From: Spirochaetota bacterium
GTDB lineage: Bacteria > Spirochaetota > UBA4802 > UBA5550
Assembly: GCA_050298055.1 (NCBI GenBank)
Contig: JBNKTL010000039.1
Span: forward strand, 1 to 47,914
Reading direction: 5' to 3'
Length of the DNA: 47,914 nt
The notes below the pieces were generated by a model. That model searched no databases. It saw nothing but the letters and a program-made list of their open reading frames with translations, and was not told the origin of the DNA. This document shows positions 20,370 to 28,822 of the stretch, one piece after another; position 1 is the first letter of the stretch; the number at the start of each line of letters is the position of its first letter. A program made the position numbers and the translations under genes.

Positions 20370-20498
20370 TCAGCTGATATTATTGTTCTTTTTGTCCGGG
20401 TGCTTGCTGTGATACCATGCTATTCCGATACAGCAGGCCAGGCCTCCGTAGAGGAGAAGAAATCCAATTAAACCCATGACAATTGATTTTGCTTCCAT
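20370..20498 (-). CDS. MetS-family NSS transporter small subunit, 42 aa, missed by the ORF track
   Basis: MEAKSIVMGLIGFLLLYGGLACCIGIAWYHSKHPDKKNNNIS: single TM with YGGL; starts 3 nt after the NSS transporter stop. Confidence 0.85.
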   Translation of the reverse strand: MEAKSIVMGLIGFLLLYGGLACCIGIAWYHSKHPDKKNNNIS

Positions 20499-20501
20499 TT
20501 A

Positions 20502-22052
20502 TCATTCTCCCTGTTCATTTAAATTCCTGATTAAAGCTTCCCGCTTCTCTTCATTTTCCGTTTTGACCATTGAGAGGACAAATGCTGATATAATAAGAAG
20601 CAGAACAGTACCCACCCCAAGTACAAGTATTGCCGAAAGGGGATAGCCTTCGTAGGGTTTTTGAATTTCCTTTACAAAAGAAATGATTGTTGTTATGGTC
20701 AGTACCAGTGGTGTTAAAAACTTCACCATGAAGGAGAAAATGGGACCAATTCTTATTTCTGCGTTTCTGTTCACTTCCTGTGTGAATTTTTTTGTTCCCA
20801 TGATCCATCCAACTGCGATACATTCGAGAATGGCGGTTATTGTGATAAGATAGTTCATGATAAAGTGATCTATAATATCAAGCCAGTAGAGGCCGGCGCT
20901 TGTTGCCAGAGGTATTCCCAGGAGGAAGCTTATAACCGTAACAATGGTTGTGGATTTTGTTCGTGAAAAATCAAATTTATCGCTGAGCGCGGTGCTTACG
21001 GTTTCGAGCAGGCTGAATGCCGAGTCTATTCCCAGAAGGAGCAGGGCGAAAAAAAAGGTGATTGCGAAAAACTTTATCCAGATAGGAAGTTTGGCAAGGG
21101 CCGCGGGGTATACCACAAAGGCAAGTCCCGGTCCCCCTTTGGCTACCTGCTCCATGGGGGTATTTGTTGCCACGGCAAAATAACCGAGAACGCTGAAAAC
21201 GGCAAAGCCTGCAAGAAAGCTGAAAGAGCAGTTTGAGAATGAGGTTATTGCCGCTGAATTGGGGAGTTCCGTATCACGGGGCATAAATGATGAATACGCT
21301 ATCATGGTCCCGAATCCCACGGAGAGAGAAAAAAATATCTGGCCGTATGCCGCGAGCCAGACCTGGGGGTCCATAAGTTTTCCCCAGTCCGGCGCAAGGT
21401 AGTAGTTAAGCCCGGTTGTGGATCCTTCCAGGGTCACACCCCTTACCAGGAGGATAAAGACCAGTATAACCGGAACAGGGACGGTAAAGAGAAGAACCTT
21501 CCCGATTTTTCCCAGGCCCCCTTTTACGATGTACCAGATTGTAACCCATGTAACCAGTAAACCGAGAAAGAGATGAGGATGAATTTTTTGCAGGTCCCAA
21601 GGTCCTGAAGATCTGCTCAGGAGATCTTTTGCGAAATTATCACCGGATGTGCTGATGCTGGCGGCCCATGTTGAGAACTTCTGCAGGTTGAGTATGTCTT
21701 CGAATGTGAGGTTGAAGAGGTAGTTCCAGGTCCATCCCATGACGATGCAGTAGTAAATATTAATGCCCAGTGCTCCCATAATCGCAAGCCACCCGGCAAA
21801 ACGGAACGGTCTTTTAATTGCTCCCAGGGCGATATTTGCAGATGATTGAGATCTGAGTCCCAAGCCGTATTCTATGATCATGATGGGTATTCCCGCCGTA
21901 AGAAGCGCTACAAAATAGGGAATGAGAAAAGCTCCGCCGCCGTTCTGCGCGGCAATGTAGGGAAACCTCCACATGTTTCCCAGGCCAATTGCAGACCCGA
22001 TTGCCGCCATGATAAATATTGATCTGTTTTTCCAGTGTTCTCTTTCAGTCAT
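20502..22052 (-). CDS. Sodium-dependent amino-acid transporter (NSS/SNF family)
   Basis: Motifs GSAIGLGNMWRFPY, GGGAFLIPY, QIFFSLS and GPGLAFVVYP. Confidence 0.95.
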   Translation of the reverse strand: MTEREHWKNRSIFIMAAIGSAIGLGNMWRFPYIAAQNGGGAFLIPYFVALLTAGIPIMIIEYGLGLRSQSSANIALGAIKRPFRFAGWLAIMGALGINIYYCIVMGWTWNYLFNLTFEDILNLQKFSTWAASISTSGDNFAKDLLSRSSGPWDLQKIHPHLFLGLLVTWVTIWYIVKGGLGKIGKVLLFTVPVPVILVFILLVRGVTLEGSTTGLNYYLAPDWGKLMDPQVWLAAYGQIFFSLSVGFGTMIAYSSFMPRDTELPNSAAITSFSNCSFSFLAGFAVFSVLGYFAVATNTPMEQVAKGGPGLAFVVYPAALAKLPIWIKFFAITFFFALLLLGIDSAFSLLETVSTALSDKFDFSRTKSTTIVTVISFLLGIPLATSAGLYWLDIIDHFIMNYLITITAILECIAVGWIMGTKKFTQEVNRNAEIRIGPIFSFMVKFLTPLVLTITTIISFVKEIQKPYEGYPLSAILVLGVGTVLLLIISAFVLSMVKTENEEKREALIRNLNEQGE

Positions 22053-22081
22053 AGACCGTTCCTGTTAATTCTTGATGTTTT

Positions 22082-22201
22082 GTACTACTCAGTTAAGTAT
22101 AAGAATAATCATATTCATTAAAAAATAACTGGTTTATTCCCACCTCCTTCGGCGGGGTTATCTTGTTGATGTTTTTGTAAATAAGTTAATTAAGTCGTTA
22201 C
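22082..22201 (-). mobile_element. MITE-like element, copy A (120 bp)
   Basis: Termini GTACTACTCA...TAAGTCGTTAC; perfect 8-bp flanking duplication GATGTTTT (22074-22081 and 22202-22209); degenerate central hairpin. Confidence 0.72.
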
Positions 22202-22376
22202 GATGTTTTTTATAGTCTTTGCACACTCTCTCTTAATTTCCAGAGGGATTCTAATGGCCATTATTATAAAGTCAAGAATAAACTATTAAAATTTTAATTG
22301 ATTTTTATCATTAATAATTAATAACTACCCTCAGTGATTCCCGAGTGCAGAAGAGAACCGCAAGTTAAATATTAAA

Positions 22377-23531
22377 ATGAAAGATTGTACCGTTATATCC
22401 TACCCCTCTTCAAAGAACAATACGCTGCTTTCCCTCGCGGAATCCAGCTCACGGTATATGATCCCTTTCGGGGGACGTTTCAGGATAGTTGATTTTGTTA
22501 TCCGTAATTCGGCCCTTGCAGACGCGGAACAGACGATCATTTACAGTGATGTGGAAGATAATCTTGAAGAATATGTAAACCACTACGGTCCCTTTGACGA
22601 AGACCATCCCGCCATAAAAGTGGTCAACAGGGAATTTGCCGATATTAAATTCTGTAAGCATCTCATTGACGAATCAAAATCCAGGATCTTTATTATCTAT
22701 AACGGGGACAATCCCTCTCTCATAGATTTAAGAGAAGTGATAGGGAAGTATAAAAAGAGAAAGGCAGACTCTCTTCTCTTCAAGGTCATGATAAACGGAA
22801 AGCCCTCAATGGCCTATAAGCTGCTTGTGACCAGCAGAAAGAGTATCCTGAAAAACGTCAACAGGATCATAAAAGAGAAGAGAGAGTCTCCCAATATATG
22901 GGAGATGATCATAAACACCATGATCCACAAAGGGATAGGAAAGAGCTCTTTCCATGCCCACTACTGGCCCATAAACAGCGTTGTTGACTTTTTCAATGTG
23001 AACAGGGAGCTCATTTTTAAAAGGGAGCTCCTGGACCTCATATATACGGACAATATCATTAAAAGCCAGATACGCGCCCAGGGACATGCTCTTATCGGAG
23101 AACAGGGAAAGATCACAAATTCCTTCATGTCTGACTATTGTGAGATAAACGGGTATGTTGAAAATTCAATTGTCTATCCCGGTGTGATTATCGGGGAGGG
23201 GAGTGTGGTGAGGGACTCGATTATCCTTCCCTTTGTAAAAATTGGAAAAGGCTCGCGGATAACCCGGGCCATTATTGATGAATCGTCTGCCCGGGACGAC
23301 CGGGACCGTCTCAATATCATGGACTCATGCAGGATCGGTTCAGAGGAAGAGAATATCAGGAACAACGACTTCCCCAAATGGCTCAACTCAAGCATAACTC
23401 TCATCGGAAAGGATGCCACGATTCCCGACGGTTCCAATATCGGCGGAAGCTGCTTTATTGCCTCGGGCCTGGGTGAAGAGTACTTCAGTAAAAAGAAATA
23501 CCTCTATGACGGTGATTCCATTTTAAAGTAA
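22377..23531 (+). CDS. Glucose-1-phosphate adenylyltransferase family protein, GlgD-like (degenerate)
   Basis: IPFGGRFRIVDF and a C-terminal left-handed beta-helix are present; the GGxGxRL motif is absent. Confidence 0.7.
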   Translation: MKDCTVISYPSSKNNTLLSLAESSSRYMIPFGGRFRIVDFVIRNSALADAEQTIIYSDVEDNLEEYVNHYGPFDEDHPAIKVVNREFADIKFCKHLIDESKSRIFIIYNGDNPSLIDLREVIGKYKKRKADSLLFKVMINGKPSMAYKLLVTSRKSILKNVNRIIKEKRESPNIWEMIINTMIHKGIGKSSFHAHYWPINSVVDFFNVNRELIFKRELLDLIYTDNIIKSQIRAQGHALIGEQGKITNSFMSDYCEINGYVENSIVYPGVIIGEGSVVRDSIILPFVKIGKGSRITRAIIDESSARDDRDRLNIMDSCRIGSEEENIRNNDFPKWLNSSITLIGKDATIPDGSNIGGSCFIASGLGEEYFSKKKYLYDGDSILK

Positions 23532-23606
23532 AATATTCGGGTAATGTCATTCCCGAGTGAAAAAAGGGAGCAAAAAGCTGGTTGTGTGGTTTATTGTCCG
23601 CAGGAT

Positions 23607-25268
23607 TTATTTTCGCTTATATATTTTCATCTCGTTTATAGTGGTTTTGAGTTCATAATTTTTTAACACATACTTGTATATCATCCTGGAACTTTTAAGG
23701 GGGATATCAAAAACAGCCGGTCTTATCAGCTTTATATCAGTAACCTTCTGCCCCTCATTACGGGAAGTGTCAATAAACAGTACCGGCCTTTTCTTTTCGA
23801 AAAAATAGATCAGTTTGCTTTCATGTTTTCTGGCCTCTTTAATTGAATCGCTGTTTCCTTTCTTATAAAGCAGCGATATTTCATAAAGAACATTCTTTGG
23901 CCACATGGTAAATCCGCCCATTCCCCTGCGGGAATAATAATACAATTCGGGTCCGTTCCCCCATACAAATATCCTGTCATCTTTATCGGAGTTTTTCTTT
24001 ATATATTCAATGACTTCTCTCTGTTCGGGTGAGGGAAGAAGGTATGAATTATACCTTCCGGTGAGGACCGCCCTGGTCCAGAACAGGAAAGGGCCTTCAT
24101 TGTAAAAAGCACCCGGGAAAAAATTCTTTATAAGCGCATCTTTTACATTCCATGTGAAAAAGAATATAACAGGTACCAGGAAAAGTGTTAACAGCCTTTT
24201 CCTGATAAATTCCGGCATAAAATCATCAATATTGAGAATAACAGTGGAAGAGATAATGCAGAGTATTGTATACGACGGCATGAAATAGTGATAATAAAAC
24301 CGTGCAAGTCCTCCATAAACCATGAGGTAGAGAACAATAAAGCACACAGCCAATACGGATTCCTCAATTTTTTCCCACTTAAAACCGTTTTTCATAAATT
24401 TAAAAATGTAAACTGCTGCGGGTATCCAGAGAATCATGTGCCACAGGAAGAACAGGCCGTGCCTGTATATCAACCTGCCAATAAAATGAAGCAGGGTAAA
24501 CTTCCTTTCGGATGCAATGGCATAGGCCAACCTGTTCATAACAGAATTAAATAGTGAAAGCGCGGTTGGTGAACCGGACATATATGAAATTGTGAGAATG
24601 ACAGTGATAGCAAGAAATAAGATTGCATAAGCGTAAATAACACGTTTCCCGTACCTGTAGTAAGGCAGGTAGAGCATGTAGATGGTAATAAAAGTTACAA
24701 TCAGCATTATCCCGTGAAACTTTACCTGAAAGGCCGCATATGCCATCAAAATGATGACTGCGGAATAGAGAAGTTTCTTCAAGATGGGAGCTGAGAGGGA
24801 AATAATGAGAAAATAGAACCCGGCTGAGAAAAACAGGTTATATATGACTTCCGCGTTTGTTGCCATAAAATCCTTGTTGAAACAGGAGATAAAAACCGAG
24901 TAAAAAACGGCAGAGAGTGCTCCTGTTTTAAAACCCCGGAGAAAATTTCCCGTAAGATAAATAAAAAATGAGGTCATAAAAACAAACAGGATGGTAATGA
25001 AATGAACAATGACCCATCCGTATTCCCTGTTCAATTCATATGAAAACTTGAATATTCGGTGGTACAGTGGCTTTTTACTCTCGTTAAAATCCACCTCCGG
25101 TATGGCGCCGGTAAAGTATTCCCTGGTCTGGACTATTGCCGCCAGTTCATCAACGTCATAGTAATCTACCAGCAGGGCGGGGAACCTGAAAAAAAGGGTA
25201 ATGATAAACAGAAGCAGCAGGAAGTAGGCCCTGTTCTTTTCTGCTTTTTCGACTATTCCGGTAAACAT
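23607..25268 (-). CDS. GT-C membrane glycosyltransferase (ArnT/PMT-like)
   Basis: DE after TM1; KKP; many TMs; motifs FYYHYF and DRIFVWG..PELYYYS. Confidence 0.75.
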   Translation of the reverse strand: MFTGIVEKAEKNRAYFLLLLFIITLFFRFPALLVDYYDVDELAAIVQTREYFTGAIPEVDFNESKKPLYHRIFKFSYELNREYGWVIVHFITILFVFMTSFFIYLTGNFLRGFKTGALSAVFYSVFISCFNKDFMATNAEVIYNLFFSAGFYFLIISLSAPILKKLLYSAVIILMAYAAFQVKFHGIMLIVTFITIYMLYLPYYRYGKRVIYAYAILFLAITVILTISYMSGSPTALSLFNSVMNRLAYAIASERKFTLLHFIGRLIYRHGLFFLWHMILWIPAAVYIFKFMKNGFKWEKIEESVLAVCFIVLYLMVYGGLARFYYHYFMPSYTILCIISSTVILNIDDFMPEFIRKRLLTLFLVPVIFFFTWNVKDALIKNFFPGAFYNEGPFLFWTRAVLTGRYNSYLLPSPEQREVIEYIKKNSDKDDRIFVWGNGPELYYYSRRGMGGFTMWPKNVLYEISLLYKKGNSDSIKEARKHESKLIYFFEKKRPVLFIDTSRNEGQKVTDIKLIRPAVFDIPLKSSRMIYKYVLKNYELKTTINEMKIYKRK

Positions 25269-25374
25269 GCAGTTAGATCTAATCTGGATATACGGTTGTA
25301 GATATTCATTTTTTACGGACTGTCACTTTAGTGGCTGATAAAGACAAGTCAATAATAATATTTTTGTTATATCC

Positions 25375-26442
25375 TTAAATCACCCTGATCCCCGGCGCTT
25401 CAGAATTGGTCACCTCACCGATAATGGCGGAATCCCTTAAACCCTTCTCAATAAGCTTTCGGAGAATTTCATCCCCCAGGCTTTTCTCAACCGAAAAGAG
25501 AAGACCTCCCGATGTCTGGGGATCGAACACCATGTCGGAAATGTACTGCTCCACGTTCTTTTCAATAACACAGAGTTTTCCCGCATAGTCACGGTTCCGG
25601 TAGAGACCGGCGGGAATTATCCCTGTCTCGGCCAGGTCCTGCGCTCCCGCGAGTATCTTCAGGTTTTGAGAGTTTATGGTCACTTCAAAACTGTCTTTTC
25701 CGATCATCTCCCTGAGGTGGCCCGCAAGGCCGAAGCCTGTGATGTCCGTACACGCGTGAACGGGGTAGTCTCCGATCACCTCAGCCGCGCTTTTATTGAG
25801 AGTGGTCATGGACTTTGTGAAACCTGAAATAACATCATCCCCCGCAAGACCCGCCTTCACTGCCGTTCCGATTATCCCCGTACCCAGGCCCTTGGTGAGA
25901 ATGAGGCAGTCCCCGGATTTTACCCCGTGGTTCCTGATGATCCTGTCCGGGTGGATTTTCCCCGTTACGGAGAGGCCGTACTTGAATTCCTCATCCTCCA
26001 CGCTGTGCCCACCCAGGAGCTGTACCCCGGCCTCTTCCATGATCTTCAGGCCCCCCCTGAGGACCTCTGTGAGAACATCCAGTGAGAAAGATTTTATGGG
26101 GAACGCCACAATGTTCATGGCCGTGAGGGGTGTTCCCCCCATGGCATAGACATCGGAGAGGGAATTAGCCGCAGCGATCCTTCCGAAATCAAAGGGATCG
26201 TCCACAATGGGCGTAAAGAAATCCACCGTCTGCACAAGCGCCGTGTCAGGGGAAATTTTATAGACCCCGGCATCCTCTCCCCCGTGGAACCCCGCAAGGA
26301 CTTCTTCGGTATAGGAGACAGGGAGTTTTTTCATCACACGGTCAAGGTCCTCCGGACCTATCTTGGAAGCTCATCCCGACCCGGAAACCGATTCTGTCAG
26401 CCGCATTGTATTGAGTTTTTTCAGTTCACATGAATCGCTCAT
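25375..26442 (-). CDS. selD: Selenide, water dikinase; selenoprotein (UGA = Sec at 26371-26373)
   Basis: Reading through the TGA gives MRLTESVSGSG-U-ASKIGP, the catalytic (C/U)xxK motif. Downstream motifs are EDAGVY, TVDFFTP, ANSLSDVYAMGG, GGHS, TDITGFGL and DPQTSGGLL. Alternative start at 26406. Confidence 0.95.
26345..26359 (-). promoter_or_regulatory. Bacterial SECIS hairpin
   Basis: mRNA AGGUCC-GGA-GGACCU stem-loop starting 11 nt after the UGA, with G in the loop. Confidence 0.8.
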
Positions 26443-26643
26443 GGGGTAATAGTTATTAAGCATTATAAAAATATCAATAAGAATATCCTGTAAAAGAGGG
26501 ATCATAACTGCTCAGATATACTTATACCAGATGTTTTCCGCAGGAGATGCATCTTTGTAAAAGGGCATAACTGAAAATCCGGGAACATGGCCCGGTGCTG
26601 TAGTGAGGGTATTTTTTGTGATTTGAGACTATGTTAAGAGTTT

Positions 26644-27093
26644 TTATATGTTTTTTAGCTTCGGATATCCCAGCATTGAAATAAATACCTGAACACCACC
26701 CAGCATTCGGGCAATATAGACCGAATTTCGATCATAGTTATCCATGATTTTTTCAGGATTTTTTGGATTACTCATCTCATTAACCAATTCATTAAGGTAA
26801 TTAATAATACCAAAAGCAATAAACCAAGAAACAGAAAATTTAAAATTCCTTCTCAAATCCAATGCCTTCTCATAAAACACATCCTCCAGATCAATATGCT
26901 CAATCTTCCTTTTGATGCCCAGGCCCTTCATCTGGTACCTGACCGGCTTAAAAGACTCAGCTTCAAAACTGCTTTTCCTGATAATCCGAGTTAGCAAGAG
27001 AGATATCATTTCTTTCTTTGAAACATCAATTTTTGTCATGGCCGCTTTTAAATCATCAAGCTGATCAATATTAATATAAATAGTTGTCCTCAT
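26644..27093 (-). CDS. Hypothetical protein, DUF1564-like spirochaete family (tentative)
   Basis: MRTTIYIN..., VRYQ and YEKALDLRRNFKFSVS; GGAGG RBS before the ATG at 27093. Family call is from recollection only. Confidence 0.45.
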   Translation of the reverse strand: MRTTIYINIDQLDDLKAAMTKIDVSKKEMISLLLTRIIRKSSFEAESFKPVRYQMKGLGIKRKIEHIDLEDVFYEKALDLRRNFKFSVSWFIAFGIINYLNELVNEMSNPKNPEKIMDNYDRNSVYIARMLGGVQVFISMLGYPKLKNI

Positions 27094-27231
27094 AATATTC
27101 AACCTCCGGTATTCTAAAGTAGAAAAACTTTCCACTCTCATCATTAATACGACTCATGACCTGGTTTGATTAAAACTTTTTTCAAAACAAAACTTACATT
27201 GTAAAAATTTCAAAAAAATCCGCATTTATGC

Positions 27232-27288
27232 TTGACAATATTAGAAGTGTTCTTATATGGAGAAACACGTTCTTATGTATAGAAACAC
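27232..27288 (+). promoter_or_regulatory. trp operon promoter region with tandem 20-bp repeats
   Basis: TTGACA at 27232, then GTTCTTATATGGAGAAACAC (27249-27268) and GTTCTTATGTATAGAAACAC (27269-27288), 17/20 identical. Confidence 0.55.
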
Positions 27289-27343
27289 TTGTTTCGTAAA
27301 GCAAGTCTTTGCGGATTTACCATAAACTAATGGAGAAGAAAAA

Positions 27344-28822
27344 ATGATCTATCCGGGAATTGACAGGTTTAAGGAACTGGCGGGAACACACAACAGGGTG
27401 GTGCTTTACCGGGAGATAGCGGGGGACCTGATCACCCCTATCAGCCTCCTGAAAAATTTTTCAGACAGGAAATATCTCTTCCTCCTGGAGAGCGCCAACC
27501 TGGACAAGAGCTTTTCACGGTATACATTCTTCGGCTTTAATCCCTCGGAGGTGATAAAGTTCAGGGACTCCGCCCTTACGGTTGAAGTCCCGGGGATGGG
27601 AGAGGAGAAGATCGACTCCAACCCCATTGACTTTCTCACGGAGAGGCTGGAGGGGATAAACTCGTCCAAAGAGCCCGATCATGGTAACTTCAGCGGCGGA
27701 TACGTGGGCTTTATGGGATACGAAATGGCCAATTATATGGGCATCCTCAGGGAGAAGCTGAAAGAGGAGAGTGAGAACCTCAACATGTGCTTTTTTAAGA
27801 CCGAGGAGTTCTATGTGTTCGACAATGTCATGGGTAAACTCTACGCGGCGGTTTCCGTTGAGACAGGGGGGAACCCGGAGGAGGTCTATGAAAATGCCAC
27901 GGAGAGGACATTTGAGATGGCCATGGAGATCGCGGGGACCAACCGGGACCTTCTCCTCTCCGATGATGACTTCGAGCAGGAGGATGACTTTGACAAGGAG
28001 AGTTTCATGGAGATGGTGGAGAAGCTCCGCACCGATATTATTGACGGGGAGTGTATTCAGGCTGTCCTTTCCAACCGGTTTCAGCTTAAGGGGAGGATCA
28101 ATCCCATTAACCTCTACCGGCTTATGAGGAACATCAACCCTTCACCCTACATGTTCTATATCAAGATAGATGACGAGGTCCTCTGCGGGACCTCTCCCGA
28201 GATACACCTGAAGATAACCGGCAGAACAGCTGTCCTCAAGCCCATAGCCGGGACCTACAGGATAGGGCACAGGGACATCGAGGAGATTAAACGTGACCTC
28301 CTCAGTGACGAAAAGGAGGTTGCCGAGCATTTGATGCTTCTTGACCTGGCACGGAACGATCTCTATACCGGCTGCAGGACAGATTCCCTCAAGGTGGTAA
28401 AGTCCTTTTTCCCGGAAGTCTACTCCCATGTGGTCCATATTGTCTCGGAGGTGGAGGGAGAGCTCAGAGACGATATGTCCCCCCTGAGGCTCTTCTGCAA
28501 TACCTTTCCGGCGGGGACCCTTTCCGGGGCGCCAAAGGTGAGGGCCATGGAGCTTATTAACGAGTATGAGAAATCCGCCAGGGGGTTCTACGGCGGCTGC
28601 GCAGGATATTTTTCATTCAGCGGTGATGTTGATACCTGCATCGTTATCCGGAGCGCCTTCGCCAAAAAAGACGCGGTGATACTCCGGGCCGGGGCGGGGA
28701 TCGTCTATGACAGCAAGCCGGAAAGCGAATACAACGAGGTGGGGCTGAAACTCGGTGCCCTCTTCGACGCGCTGAAACAGATACCATTACTGGAGAAGAG
28801 AAATGTTTTTAATGATAGATAA
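27344..28822 (+). CDS. trpE: Anthranilate synthase component I
   Basis: Motifs FLLES, NPSPYMF, PIAGT, AEHLMLLDLARND, PAGTLSGAPKVRAM and AGAGIVYDS. Confidence 0.96.
   Translation: MIYPGIDRFKELAGTHNRVVLYREIAGDLITPISLLKNFSDRKYLFLLESANLDKSFSRYTFFGFNPSEVIKFRDSALTVEVPGMGEEKIDSNPIDFLTERLEGINSSKEPDHGNFSGGYVGFMGYEMANYMGILREKLKEESENLNMCFFKTEEFYVFDNVMGKLYAAVSVETGGNPEEVYENATERTFEMAMEIAGTNRDLLLSDDDFEQEDDFDKESFMEMVEKLRTDIIDGECIQAVLSNRFQLKGRINPINLYRLMRNINPSPYMFYIKIDDEVLCGTSPEIHLKITGRTAVLKPIAGTYRIGHRDIEEIKRDLLSDEKEVAEHLMLLDLARNDLYTGCRTDSLKVVKSFFPEVYSHVVHIVSEVEGELRDDMSPLRLFCNTFPAGTLSGAPKVRAMELINEYEKSARGFYGGCAGYFSFSGDVDTCIVIRSAFAKKDAVILRAGAGIVYDSKPESEYNEVGLKLGALFDALKQIPLLEKRNVFNDR

Noticed and set aside
22053..22376. 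Possible SAM or lysine riboswitch upstream of the NSS transporter
   Set aside because: No recognisable aptamer motifs; the structured part is explained by MITE-like copy A.
26505..26640. ATAACTGCTCAG resembling a MITE terminus
   Set aside because: No hairpin core, matching right end or target duplication found.
27145..27156. TAATACGACTCA, identical to the first 12 nt of the T7 promoter
   Set aside because: Not followed by CTATAG and no phage or vector context; treated as chance.
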